From: Candidatus Moranbacteria bacterium CG10_big_fil_rev_8_21_14_0_10_35_21
GTDB taxonomy: Bacteria > Patescibacteriota > Minisyncoccia > Moranbacterales > UBA2206
Reading direction: 5' to 3'
Length of the DNA stretch: 57,156 nt
NCBI GenBank assembly: GCA_002773095.1
Contig: PFCG01000022.1
Coordinates: 1-57,156, forward strand
The notes under the pieces are model-generated. The model searched no databases. It was not told the DNA's origin and was given only the letters and a program-made list of their open reading frames with translations. Positions 36,770 to 46,600 of this stretch are shown here, in pieces (within the stretch, counting starts at the first letter, position 1; each line of letters opens with the position of its first letter). Position numbers and translations under genes: made by a program.

Positions 36770-36783
36770 TACTTAGAATTTTA

Positions 36784-37731
36784 TTATAAATTAAAAAGTT
36801 TTTTCGCATTTTGAGTGGTAACTTCTACCACCTTTTCTGCTGAAATTTGCTTTATTTCAGCTATTTTTTGCGCCACCAGCTCAACCAAAATTGGTTCATT
36901 TCTCTCTCCTTTTTTTGGCACTGGAGCCAAATATGGGCAATCTGTTTCCACAAGAATGTCTTGAAGGTCAATTTCTTTGATGAGCCGATCATAGCTGATT
37001 CCGAAGGTGATAATGCCATTTAGTCCAATTTTATATCCCATTTCAATGAATTTATGGGCCGTTTTCCATGAACCAATAAAACTATGCACCACACCCAATT
37101 TTTTCACTGGATTGTTTTTTAAAATTTCCAGCAAGTCGTCATAGGCATCCGTTCGGGCGTGGTCGAGTTCTTTGCTAACTTTTACGCCCTTTAGGGCGTG
37201 GTTTCGTTCTTGACGAGACTTTACGCCCCAGCAATGAATCATTATTGGTTTTTCTACTTCGTTGGACAACTTTATAAATTTTATCAAAACTTCTTTCTGT
37301 TTCTTTTTTAATTCTTCTTCGTTATCCCCTTCGCTAAAGTGATGATAATCCAAACCCACTTCTCCAATGGCGACCACTTTCGGATTTTTGGCCAGTTCTA
37401 AATATTTTTCATAGTCAAAAATTTCTCCATCCGTTTTTATTTCCACTTCTTCCAATTCATCGTCATCTTTATATTTCATGCTCGCTTTTTGCAAATGCAC
37501 CGGATGAATTCCGATTGCTGCCCAAACACCTTTTTCATATTTTTCCGCAAATTCCACCGCACGTTTGCTAGTGGAATATTGAGAACCAACATTAATCATA
37601 AAAGCGCCGCTGGCAAGCGACTTTTTTATAACGTCATCAGCATCGTCCTTGAACGCGCTGAAATTCACATGGGCGTGAGTGTCGATGTACACAAGGTTAC
37701 TTCTTAAAAATATTAAAAAATATTTTAGCAA
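36784..37731 (-). CDS. tatD: TatD-family metal-dependent hydrolase (with tandem in-frame hairpin inserts)
   Basis: YIDTHAHVNF, AIGEVGLDY, PIMIHC, VHSF and ETDCPYLAP. Possible GTG start at 37692, which would avoid overlap with the upstream gene. Confidence 0.85.
   Translation of the reverse strand: MLKYFLIFLRSNLVYIDTHAHVNFSAFKDDADDVIKKSLASGAFMINVGSQYSTSKRAVEFAEKYEKGVWAAIGIHPVHLQKASMKYKDDDELEEVEIKTDGEIFDYEKYLELAKNPKVVAIGEVGLDYHHFSEGDNEEELKKKQKEVLIKFIKLSNEVEKPIMIHCWGVKSRQERNHALKGVKVSKELDHARTDAYDDLLEILKNNPVKKLGVVHSFIGSWKTAHKFIEMGYKIGLNGIITFGISYDRLIKEIDLQDILVETDCPYLAPVPKKGERNEPILVELVAQKIAEIKQISAEKVVEVTTQNAKKLFNL
37155..37229. repeat. two tandem ~35-nt hairpins in frame in tatD
   Basis: GGGCGTGGTCGAGTTCTTTGCTAACTTTTACGCCC (37155..37189) and GGGCGTGGTTTCGTTCTTGACGAGACTTTACGCCCC (37194..37229). 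Both have termini GGGCGTGGT...ACTTTACGCCC. Confidence 0.6.
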
Positions 37732-38350
37732 TTGACATTTTTACGGAAAATTTAAAATTTTCTTTTATTCCAGTTGAAATTATAGGTGAAAAATTACCAT
37801 CTTTTAACTCCTGTACTTTTTTATCTATTTGTATTGAAGGATTTTTAAAAAATATTAAATTTACAATATTGATTAAATCTTCTTGATTGAATGGTTTCAT
37901 ATTAATAGTCAATGGATCTTGAGAGAATATATTTATTCCGTAAATATTCAACCTATAAAAAGCGGACTTTCTATCGGCTTCTAAATCCTGACTGATGTGT
38001 ATATTTATTTTTTTTACTTCTGAAAATTTTATTATTTTTTTCTTGAAAAATAATCTTGATATAAAAGTTTTATAAATTAAATCTTCGTTGGTCAAAATAA
38101 TTTTAAAAGAAGCTAGCCAAATTATTATAAATGGCCAAACAAAACAAATTACAAAAAAAGTTAAAACACCTAAGATTCCTTGATTGAAAGGTATGCCATT
38201 CTGCAAACCCTTAAACAAAACTATTAAACTAAACGGGGCAGATATAATAGATAAAATAATATAGGAAGAGACTCCTGCTTTAGCTATATAGGGAAAACAG
38301 TCATTAAAATTTTTCTCTTTTGATTCTGTAATATTTTGATCTTGATTCAT
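37697..38350 (-). CDS. hypothetical membrane protein (two TMs plus a soluble C-domain)
   Basis: ORF with hydrophobic spans SSYIILSIISAPFSLIVLF and VLTFFVICFVWPFIIIWLASF. No recognisable family. Confidence 0.5.
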   Translation of the reverse strand: MNQDQNITESKEKNFNDCFPYIAKAGVSSYIILSIISAPFSLIVLFKGLQNGIPFNQGILGVLTFFVICFVWPFIIIWLASFKIILTNEDLIYKTFISRLFFKKKIIKFSEVKKINIHISQDLEADRKSAFYRLNIYGINIFSQDPLTINMKPFNQEDLINIVNLIFFKNPSIQIDKKVQELKDGNFSPIISTGIKENFKFSVKMSIAKIFFNIFKK

Positions 38351-38445
38351 TTTTTTATTTTAGTTTAATTAAATATTTTTCATTCTTCTTTTAATAAATA
38401 GATATTTGACTTAAAAAATTACTTCCGCAACTATTTTCAATATTC

Positions 38446-38481
38446 TTCTTCCTTATATCCATATAACCTTATAAGGAAGAA
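38446..38481. repeat. 36-bp inverted-repeat arm (left) flanking the TrpR/YerC-like gene
   Basis: TTCTTCCTTATATCCATATAACCTTATAAGGAAGAA. It is itself a 12-bp stem with a 12-nt loop, and is the exact reverse complement of 38933..38968. Confidence 0.85.
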
Positions 38482-38495
38482 ATTATATTAACTAA

Positions 38496-38900
38496 CTAGT
38501 TTAGTAAATCTTTTAAAATTCTATGTCCGGGATATTTATCCAGCATAGTATATTCTCTATACTTTTTGGCATCTTTTTCTTTTAATCCATTCTTTATCCG
38601 TCCACTTATCCAATAATAATACTCATCACCTCTTTCTTTTAGCCAATGATCAGTTTTCGCTATTGTTTGAAAACTGACCTTTAATTTTTTTCTTATCGTT
38701 TCCGCTGTTTCTTCATCAATAATCATTTTTGCAACCTGAATTCTTCTGCCCATCATTAAGGCTTCACTAGGCGTTAACATACCCATAAAAAAATCTATTA
38801 TTTCTTTTTTTGACTTGAGTTCCGCAATAACATTCAAAAGGCAACCAATTGACTGGTATTTTTCCTTTTCATCAATTTCATAAACTTTAATTTTTGCCAT
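38496..38900 (-). CDS. TrpR-related YerC/YecD-like DNA-binding protein
   Basis: FFMGMLTPSEALMMGRRIQVAKMII...TIRKKLKVSFQTIAKT resembles the YerC/TrpR HTH layout. Confidence 0.55.
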   Translation of the reverse strand: MAKIKVYEIDEKEKYQSIGCLLNVIAELKSKKEIIDFFMGMLTPSEALMMGRRIQVAKMIIDEETAETIRKKLKVSFQTIAKTDHWLKERGDEYYYWISGRIKNGLKEKDAKKYREYTMLDKYPGHRILKDLLN

Positions 38901-38932
38901 CTTTTTGTTTTATCTGCTTAAATATATTTTTT

Positions 38933-38968
38933 TTCTTCCTTATAAGGTTATATGGATATAAGGAAGAA
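38933..38968. repeat. 36-bp inverted-repeat arm (right)
   Basis: TTCTTCCTTATAAGGTTATATGGATATAAGGAAGAA is the perfect reverse complement of the left arm. Confidence 0.85.
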
Positions 38969-38999
38969 AGTATACACAAAAAAATATTGCTAAAAAAAA

Positions 39000-39413
39000 T
39001 TATTTTATTTTTTTCAGATCCCCTTCTATAATAATTGGTTGCATGGCAATCATTTCATCGCTATATGACATTTCAGGAATTGGATTGAGAAGAAATATTT
39101 TTTTATTGAGTACATGAGCAAAGGCCATTTCTAAAAATGAATTGCCTCCGATATAATTCGGGATGTCCTTTAGTGTTTCATTGATAATCAAAACAGCATC
39201 TCCATCTTTAATCTCATTATAATAATGCCGGATCAAATCATTATTAATTTTATTTTTCACCGACTCATTATGCATATGATCGGAAGTATTAAGTTCAGCA
39301 TATTCTTCGGTATGCCTCGGAACAATCACAAAATGACCTATTTTTTCTAGGTCTTTTTTTGTTTTTAGCATTTCTCTTGAAAGCCTCATACTTCCACAAA
39401 TTAGAATTTTCAT
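39000..39413 (-). CDS. hypothetical protein, possibly nucleoside 2-deoxyribosyltransferase-like fold
   Basis: MKILICGSM start and IGGNSFLEMAFAHVLNKKIFLLNPIP. The assignment is from memory of similar small proteins only. Confidence 0.35.
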   Translation of the reverse strand: MKILICGSMRLSREMLKTKKDLEKIGHFVIVPRHTEEYAELNTSDHMHNESVKNKINNDLIRHYYNEIKDGDAVLIINETLKDIPNYIGGNSFLEMAFAHVLNKKIFLLNPIPEMSYSDEMIAMQPIIIEGDLKKIK

Positions 39414-39414
39414 A

Positions 39415-40869
39415 TTATTTAATTCTTTGAAAAAGGGGCTCGGCTTCTTTGGTTTCTAAGGCTTTTTTTATTTTTTCGGAAGTTTCGGGCATAAAAGGAA
39501 CTATTAATTTTGAGATTAGATCTAAATCGCCTAATAATTTTTTCATTACTTCCTCAAATTTTTCATGATTATTTTTGGCCAGTTCCCAAGGTTTATTGTC
39601 TTCAATATATTTGTTGTCTTCACGAATTTTATCCCAAATATATTCAAGTGCACGCCCCATTTCAATTGAATAAATTAATTTTGCAAAATCTGGAATTATA
39701 GACACACTATTCATTTTATATTCAACCTCTGAACCTAATTTAATAACTCGCGAAACTAAGTTCCCAATTCCATTTGCCAAATATGCATTATATTTTTCCG
39801 TCAATCTTTCCATCGTCACATCCACATCTTCTCCAAATGTTCCGGCACTTAGTAAAAGATATCGCGTTCCGTCCACTCCAAATTTTTCAATCATTTCTTC
39901 AATTTTTATTACGTTCCCGATAGTTTTGCTCATCTTTTTTCCATCTGAAAGAATATGTCCATGTGTAAACAGTAATTTCGGAAATTTGATTCCCAATTGC
40001 AGAAGCATAATCGGCCAAATAGTGGCGTGAACACGCAAAATATCTTTACCAATCAAATGCACATCAGCCGGCCATTTTTCCGGAATATTTTCCTCATTTC
40101 CATCCCAACCAACTCCAGTCAAATAATTCATAAAAGCATCCACCCAAACATAGGTCGTGTGCGTTTTATCAAAAGGTAATTCTATCCCCCACTTCACATT
40201 TTTTCTGGAAATAGAAATATCTTTCAAATCTTGACCTTCCAAAAACGAAAGGATTTCATTTTTGTATCTTTCTGGAGCAATTTTGAATTCATCATTTTTT
40301 ATTTTTTCAATCAATTCTATTTGCTTGTCTTTCATTTTCAAAAGATAGCATTCTTCATTTGTCATTTCTGGAACCTTGTTATGATCAGAACATTTTCCAT
40401 CTACCAACTCGTTTTCATTTTTAAATTGCTCACAATCGACGCAATATAATCCTTCGTATTCACCTTTATAAATTGCCCCTTTATCAAAAAGAGTTTGCAA
40501 AACTTTTTGCACTACCTTTTTATGATTCTCATCCGTAGTACGAATAAATTTGTCATACTTAACATCCAAATTTTTCCAAATATTTTCAAAATTAACGGCT
40601 ATTTCATCTACAAATTTTTGCGGTTCTATTCCTGCTTCCTCCGCTTTTTTTTGTATTTTCAGTCCGTGTTCATCAGTTCCGGTCAACAAAAAAACTTCTT
40701 CGCCTTGAAGTTTATGGAATCTTGCCAAAACATCACATGCAACCGTAGTATAGGCGTGACCAATATGCGGTTTAGCATTGGCATAATATATCGGAGTAGT
40801 GATATAAAATTTCCCACCTGAGGTGGATCCGCCTTGGGCGGAATTTTCATTCGGTATATTTTTTAGCAT
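39415..40869 (-). CDS. metG: methionyl-tRNA synthetase (short form)
   Basis: PHIGHAYT (HIGH) and KMSKT (KMSKS) motifs. The tracked ORF begins at a TTG at 40887 and the first ATG is at 40869. Confidence 0.9.
   Translation of the reverse strand: MLKNIPNENSAQGGSTSGGKFYITTPIYYANAKPHIGHAYTTVACDVLARFHKLQGEEVFLLTGTDEHGLKIQKKAEEAGIEPQKFVDEIAVNFENIWKNLDVKYDKFIRTTDENHKKVVQKVLQTLFDKGAIYKGEYEGLYCVDCEQFKNENELVDGKCSDHNKVPEMTNEECYLLKMKDKQIELIEKIKNDEFKIAPERYKNEILSFLEGQDLKDISISRKNVKWGIELPFDKTHTTYVWVDAFMNYLTGVGWDGNEENIPEKWPADVHLIGKDILRVHATIWPIMLLQLGIKFPKLLFTHGHILSDGKKMSKTIGNVIKIEEMIEKFGVDGTRYLLLSAGTFGEDVDVTMERLTEKYNAYLANGIGNLVSRVIKLGSEVEYKMNSVSIIPDFAKLIYSIEMGRALEYIWDKIREDNKYIEDNKPWELAKNNHEKFEEVMKKLLGDLDLISKLIVPFMPETSEKIKKALETKEAEPLFQRIK
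40814..40842. repeat. twin GC hairpins encoded in the MetRS N-terminal extension
   Basis: CCACC-TGA-GGTGG (40814..40826) and TCCGCC-TTG-GGCGGA (40828..40842) encode AQGGSTSGG just before the conserved KFYITTPIYY. Confidence 0.5.
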
Positions 40870-40876
40870 AAATGTT

Positions 40877-41545
40877 TCAATAAGCAATTAATGTAAATTC
40901 TCCTTTTATTTTATCCGCGTTATTTTGAAAATATTCTAAAATTTCATCAATTGAGCCACGCACAATTTCTTCAAACATTTTAGTAATTTCCCGTCCAACA
41001 ATTATTTTTTTTGTTCCTCATAGTTCTTTCAAGAGTTCTAGATTTTTTATTACCCTATGAACAGAATCATAATAAATTACCGGATATTTATTCGCTATTA
41101 CTTCTTTAAAAAAAGTTTCTCGCCCTTTCTTGTGCGGAGGAAAACTGAAAAAAACGAACTTTTGCATATTTATTCCTGAAACGCTAGCCAGAGCCGAAAG
41201 TGCTGAAGGACCGGGAATAGGCACTACAGAAATTCCCTTTTTAACTGCCTCTTCCACTAACTTATTGCCAGGATCAGAAATACCAGGAGTTCCAGCATCA
41301 GTAATCAGAGCGATATTTTTCCCAGATTCAATTTCGGAAATTATTTTTTCTAATTTAGAGATTTTGGAATGCTGAAAAAAACTGATAGTGGGGGTGTTTA
41401 TCTCATATCTACTCATCAACTTTTTTGCCACTCTGGTGTCCTCACAAGCTACTGAATCAGCCATTTTTAGAACTTCCACAGCTCGAAATGTGATATCCTT
41501 CAAATTGCCAATAGGCGTTGCCACAATGTATAAATATACCTGCAT
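40877..41545 (-). pseudogene. rsmI: 16S rRNA 2'-O-methyltransferase RsmI interrupted by one in-frame TGA
   Basis: N-part IVATPIGNLKDITFRAVEVL...ITDAGTPGISDPG stops at the TGA at 41018..41020. The same frame continues GTKKIIVGREITKMFEEIVRGSIDEILEYFQNNADKIKGEFTLIAY*, which is the conserved RsmI C-terminus. Confidence 0.75.
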
Positions 41546-41640
41546 TCATAGATTCAGTTTATCTTATTTATCACTATTTTTCAAATTTATACTCTTATCC
41601 ACTCACACTTTAACACTAACTATTTTTTTCTTCTTAATAT

Positions 41641-41669
41641 AAAAAACCCTTAAGGGTTTTTTATTTTTT
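41641..41669 (-). terminator. rho-independent (bidirectional-looking) terminator after the AI-2E gene
   Basis: AAAAAACCCTTAAGGGTTTTTTATTTTTT. Confidence 0.7.
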
Positions 41670-41686
41670 ATACCTAAGTATTAGGC

Positions 41687-42703
41687 TTATTTTTTGTTAA
41701 AAAAATCTCCTACAAAAACACTCGCCGCTGCTGCTACCGGAATGGCAAAAACTACCCCTAAAAATCCGGCAATTTTAGCGCCGACCAATATAGAGATAAT
41801 TACCACAATAGGATTAAGACCAACAGTTTTTTTCATTATTTGCGGAGAAATAACATTATTTTCCAATTGCTGAACAATCACAAAGAGCAACAATACCAAA
41901 AGACCAGTCAGCGGAGAAATGATAAATCCCAAGATAACGGCTGGAATAGCTGAAATAATTGGACCAACATAAGGGATAATTTCCATTATTCCAGCGAAAA
42001 TAGCTAGAGCTAAAGCATAGGGAACTCCAATAATATAAAGTCCTATTAAATCCAGCAAAAATACAACTAGCATGAGCAACATCTGCCCTTGCATCCACTT
42101 TCCAATTTTTGCTTTTATTCTTTCTGTTAACGAAACCGCATATTCATGATGTTTAGCTGGCGTAATCAAAACTATAAACTTCCGAATACTATTTTCTACT
42201 ACTGACATATAAAAAGCCAGCGCAAAAACAATTAGTATAGAAACAAAACCAGAAAAAACTCCGATTGTTCCTGAAAAAACTTTATTAGGAAAACCAGCAA
42301 TCAAACCACTGAAATTATCTGCCAACTGCTGAATATCTATATTAATATTTTGAGATTCAAAATAACTCAGCACTCCATAAAAAGAGGCTTCTATTCTCTG
42401 AAAGTAATTGGAAAAATTAGCTCCAAAATCTTTAAATTGGTCCACTAGTGGCGGAATTAAAAAAGCTACCGAAAGTCCCAATACCAGCGCGATTAAAAAA
42501 AACATAATCAAAACTCCAGCTGTTCGAGGAATTCTTTTTCTTTGCATCCAATCTACTGCCGGATCAATGACCGCCACTATAAGAACCGCAATAAAAAGTA
42601 AGGCTAAAATATCCTTAATCAAATATAAAAACCAAATACCTATAAGAATCAAGATGGTTCTCAAGACTATTCCGGTAGAAATTTCGATTTTTTGATTCTC
42701 CAT
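41687..42703 (-). CDS. AI-2E family transporter (PerM/UPF0118)
   Basis: Eight-TM-type profile and a conserved C-terminal region (IPYVGPIISAIPAVILG...QQLENNVISPQIMKK). Confidence 0.8.
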   Translation of the reverse strand: MENQKIEISTGIVLRTILILIGIWFLYLIKDILALLFIAVLIVAVIDPAVDWMQRKRIPRTAGVLIMFFLIALVLGLSVAFLIPPLVDQFKDFGANFSNYFQRIEASFYGVLSYFESQNINIDIQQLADNFSGLIAGFPNKVFSGTIGVFSGFVSILIVFALAFYMSVVENSIRKFIVLITPAKHHEYAVSLTERIKAKIGKWMQGQMLLMLVVFLLDLIGLYIIGVPYALALAIFAGIMEIIPYVGPIISAIPAVILGFIISPLTGLLVLLLFVIVQQLENNVISPQIMKKTVGLNPIVVIISILVGAKIAGFLGVVFAIPVAAAASVFVGDFFNKK

Positions 42704-42731
42704 ATTTATAGCTTAATTATATACCTTTTTG

Positions 42732-44000
42732 TTAAAATTTCAATATTTTTCTAAAGCGCTCAGAATTATTATGTGGCCCGATAATAGCGAGATTTAACTT
42801 CTTATTTTGGAACACTAATTTAGCTATCCGCAAAATATCCTCACTGGTTACCTTTAAAATTTTGCGTAAAACTTCCTCAGGCAATTCAATTTTAACTTTT
42901 CTGATTTCCTGATTAGCAAAAAACATTGCCATTTCATCCGAAGATTCTAGCCCAATCACCTTTTTACCGCTAATATAATCTTTCGCTTTTTGCAGTTCTT
43001 TTACGCTTACTTTTTGATTAGTCATCTTTCGACATTCTCGCAAAACGGTTTTTATGGTTAATTCTAAATTGCTATGCTTAACTCCCGCTTGAGTAGCTAT
43101 ATAACCACAACCCTTGAAATATTCCGTTCCGGTTCGAATGTAATAAGCCAGTCCTTTTTTTTCACGCACTTCGGTAAACAGCCGACTGCTCATATTGCCT
43201 CCTAAAATTATTCCCATCAAGGTTAATATATAGCGATCCTTGTGATCCTCGTCTAAGGATCGTAAACCCAGCACAAAATGTGTTTGATCAGTTTTTTTAA
43301 ATTTAATTTTAATTTCTGACTGAGATTGTTTTTCGATAACTTTTTTAAATTCTGACTTTTCCCCTTTTTTTATTTTGGAAAAATATTTATTTAACTGGGA
43401 AATTAATTTTTTTTCATTAAATTTACCAGCCACACATAGAACCGTATTGTCAGCTAAATAAAATTTATGCATATAGGCCAATAAGGTTTTTCGATTCAAC
43501 GAGCTTATAGTTTTTTTGGTTCCAATAATATCTCTTCCTAAGGGATTTTTAGTATATAATAATCTTTCAAAAACATCGGTCACCATACTCATTGGCATAT
43601 CCTCATACATACTCATTTCTTGTAAAATAGCTCCTCTTTCTTTCTCTATCTCTTTCACATCGATTTTAGAATTTAAATAAATATCCGAAATAACATCCAG
43701 GGCTTTTTCTAGGTGTTTAGCATCTACTTTGGCAAAATAGCCAGTTCGATCCTTAGAAGTAAAGGCATTAAATAATCCGCCTATGGAATCCAACTCTTCG
43801 GAAATCTTCAAAGCTGTTTGGCGTTTTTTGGTTCCTTTAAAAAGCATATGCTCCACAAAATGAGAAGCTCCAGCTTCATCATCATTTTCATAGCGCGATC
43901 CAGTTCCCACCAAAACTACTACCGAAGCTACCTGAGTTTCTTTTATCGGTACCAAAATAACCGGCAATCCGTTTTTAAGAATAATTTTTTTGTACTTCAT
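42732..44000 (-). CDS. M16-family zinc peptidase (pitrilysin/insulinase-like)
   Basis: Inverted zinc motif HFVEHMLFKGT plus E in REKGLAY. Two-domain length. Confidence 0.85.
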   Translation of the reverse strand: MKYKKIILKNGLPVILVPIKETQVASVVVLVGTGSRYENDDEAGASHFVEHMLFKGTKKRQTALKISEELDSIGGLFNAFTSKDRTGYFAKVDAKHLEKALDVISDIYLNSKIDVKEIEKERGAILQEMSMYEDMPMSMVTDVFERLLYTKNPLGRDIIGTKKTISSLNRKTLLAYMHKFYLADNTVLCVAGKFNEKKLISQLNKYFSKIKKGEKSEFKKVIEKQSQSEIKIKFKKTDQTHFVLGLRSLDEDHKDRYILTLMGIILGGNMSSRLFTEVREKKGLAYYIRTGTEYFKGCGYIATQAGVKHSNLELTIKTVLRECRKMTNQKVSVKELQKAKDYISGKKVIGLESSDEMAMFFANQEIRKVKIELPEEVLRKILKVTSEDILRIAKLVFQNKKLNLAIIGPHNNSERFRKILKF

Positions 44001-44009
44001 GAAGGAATT

Positions 44010-44972
44010 TTAATTTCTACACACACGAATGAGCCCAGAACAAGGAATAATTTCTATACCTTTTTTCTCCAGTTGATCCAAAAAAAGATTCATACCAATA
44101 GAATCGGATGAAATATGTCCCGCCACGACCACATTGATATGGGCCTTTTCTGCCTCTTTACGATGTTCCTCGCTTTGATGCATAGAAATTACCGTGCCAA
44201 TTCCAGCTTGAGACATTTTTTCATACATTTTTGGACTACCCTCTGTTCCTCCAGTAATTTCCACGAAAGCGATTTTACCAGTTCGATTTTCCTCCGATCC
44301 AGTAAAGAGAACTGGGCCAGAACCGCGTTTAGCTGCTTCGGCATATTCCGGTATTTCTAAAAGCGATTTAACTATGTCTCCAACATATTCTGGTTTATCT
44401 TTTAGTATTTTTTTCTCAACAAATTTAGCCACTAGATTATCGGCTGGTGTATGCACATTCATTAAGTTAATATCCACTAATTGCGCCGAATCTACAACTT
44501 GAAAATGATTAATTGGATTTACTCCTCGGCTAACTTCACTGATCCTTACTTTCATTAGAGATTCAGCAATATTTATAGGCACTCCATATTGGGAGAGAAC
44601 CTCAGCTTGAAGATGCATAACATCCGAGAGATCAGCCAAGGCTTTGCCAATCGGATGATGAGAAATAACTAAATCTATTTTCTTTGTGCCATGATTACTT
44701 AAATATCGAGCTATCATCATTTCGGCCGAATCGATATCTATTCCCGCCATTACTCTTTTGACATTTTTTATTCCATTGTCAAAAGCAATGCGTGAATCAA
44801 TATAGGGATTGACCAGTTTTTCTTTGTCAAAAAGTTCTTTCTCTTTTTTGGAAAGTTTTTCGTATTTTTCTTTAATTCTTTTTAAATTTTTTTCGATCTG
44901 CTCTTTCGGACGAAAATCATTTTTGATTCCCATTTCAATCGCCAGTTTATAGATTTCTTGGATATTTGCCAT
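44010..44972 (-). CDS. Nif3-like dinuclear metal centre protein
   Basis: LVISHHP, NVHTPADN and VVAGHISSDS metal-ligand blocks. The ATG at 44972 (MANIQEIY) is preferred over the longer tracked ORF. Confidence 0.6.
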   Translation of the reverse strand: MANIQEIYKLAIEMGIKNDFRPKEQIEKNLKRIKEKYEKLSKKEKELFDKEKLVNPYIDSRIAFDNGIKNVKRVMAGIDIDSAEMMIARYLSNHGTKKIDLVISHHPIGKALADLSDVMHLQAEVLSQYGVPINIAESLMKVRISEVSRGVNPINHFQVVDSAQLVDINLMNVHTPADNLVAKFVEKKILKDKPEYVGDIVKSLLEIPEYAEAAKRGSGPVLFTGSEENRTGKIAFVEITGGTEGSPKMYEKMSQAGIGTVISMHQSEEHRKEAEKAHINVVVAGHISSDSIGMNLFLDQLEKKGIEIIPCSGLIRVCRN

Positions 44973-45150
44973 ATTTGTCTGCGAGGTACGAGTAGCTATC
45001 CCGAGTACTCGGGAAGCATCCCGCACTAATTCGCTATTAAAAAAATTATTGCTACCTAACTTTAGCCGCAGGCGAATTCGCAATTAAAATTTCACACTAC
45101 CTTGAAACTTTATTGGAATTAGTTGCGGGACATACAATTTAATTACGTAA

Positions 45151-46476
45151 TTAATTACCTAAATTTTTTGAAAAATAATTTTGCAATTCGGAAATTTTTA
45201 TTCTTTCTTGCTTCATAGTATCGCGATCACGCACAGTCACCGCTTCATCTTCCAATGTTTCAAAATCAATAGTCACGCAATATGGTGTTCCAATTTCATC
45301 TTGTCGACGATATCTTTTGCCAATCGACTGAGTGATATCATATTCACACCTGAAATTATTGGATAAATCAGTATATATCTTCTGGCTAATTTTTTCAAGT
45401 TCCGGTTTTTTGGAAAGCGGTAGAATAGCTATTTTTATTGGAGAAATGGCTTTTTTAAGCCTTAAAACTACTCTGGTTTCTTTTTTACCTTCTGCACCGG
45501 AAACCTCTTCTTCAGTATAAGCCGATAATAAAATAGCCAACATAGCTCTCTCCACTCCTAAACTTGGCTCAATCACATGAGGAATATATTTTTTCCCCGA
45601 TTCTGCATCAAAATATTTCAAATCTCTTCCACTAGCTTTTTCATGAGCATTTAAATCAAAATCGGTTCTATAGGCAATTCCAAAAAGTTCTTTTCTCCCA
45701 AAAGGAAAATTAAATTCCACGTCCACTGTTCTTTTGGAATAATGCGCCCGCTCTCCATCCGGAATTTCATGAAAAAATAATTTTTTATCATCAATACCAG
45801 CTTCTTCCATCCACTTTTTCCAATTTTCCAGCATAATTTCAAAATATTTTTTCCAATCCTCTTTAGGATTAAAAAAATACTCAATTTCCATCTGCTCAAA
45901 TTCACGAGTACGAAAAATAAAATTTCCAGGAGTAATTTCATTGCGAAAAGATTTCCCAATTTGGGCTACTCCGAATGGTATCTTCTTTTTTCCGGTTTGA
46001 GCTAATGTGGGGAAATCCACAAAAATAGCTTGGGCTGTTTCCGGACGAAGATAAACCTCGGCTGACTTATCTTCCGTCGGACCCAAAAAAGTTTTCAGTA
46101 GTCCACTAAACATCTGTGATTCAGTCAGTTCTCCGGAACATTCTGGACATTTATTTTTAATTTCATCGGCCCGAAATCTTTTGTGGCATTTTTTACATTC
46201 CACCAATGGATCCTTGAATTCTTTCAGATGCCCTGAGGCTTCCCAAACTTTGGGATTCATCAGGATAGCTGCGTCCAAGCCAATCATATCGTTTCTTTTT
46301 TGCACAAAAGTCTTCCACCAATGTTTTTTAATATTATTTTTCATCTCCACGCCCAAAGGACCAAAATCCCAGGCGTTGGCTAAACCACCATAAATTTCCG
46401 ATCCGGGGAAAACAAAACCACGCTGTTTGGCCAGCGAAATTATTTTGTCCATTAATTCTTCATTGTTTTTGTTCAT
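45151..46476 (-). CDS. glyQS: glycyl-tRNA synthetase, alpha2 (GlyQS) type
   Basis: Class II motifs (FRNEITPGNFIFRTREFEQMEIEYF, SLGVERAML), a CxxC zinc knuckle insertion and an anticodon-binding tail. Confidence 0.9.
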   Translation of the reverse strand: MNKNNEELMDKIISLAKQRGFVFPGSEIYGGLANAWDFGPLGVEMKNNIKKHWWKTFVQKRNDMIGLDAAILMNPKVWEASGHLKEFKDPLVECKKCHKRFRADEIKNKCPECSGELTESQMFSGLLKTFLGPTEDKSAEVYLRPETAQAIFVDFPTLAQTGKKKIPFGVAQIGKSFRNEITPGNFIFRTREFEQMEIEYFFNPKEDWKKYFEIMLENWKKWMEEAGIDDKKLFFHEIPDGERAHYSKRTVDVEFNFPFGRKELFGIAYRTDFDLNAHEKASGRDLKYFDAESGKKYIPHVIEPSLGVERAMLAILLSAYTEEEVSGAEGKKETRVVLRLKKAISPIKIAILPLSKKPELEKISQKIYTDLSNNFRCEYDITQSIGKRYRRQDEIGTPYCVTIDFETLEDEAVTVRDRDTMKQERIKISELQNYFSKNLGN

Positions 46477-46600
46477 AAATTTTCGATTATAAATCGATCA
46501 GCCTATGGTTGATATTTTCATCATACCTCAAGATTAGACTGTTTACAACTTTCTTTCGCATTTTAGCCATTAAGCCTATAATTGAGTCAGATTTAACGCC

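Noticed and set aside
41018-41020. The possibility that the in-frame TGA in rsmI signals genome-wide UGA reassignment (genetic code 4 or 25).
   Set aside because: TGA terminates topA, atpF and rsmI itself at sensible positions. Every other gene in the window is a single intact ORF under the standard code, and a reassigned code would fragment many of them.
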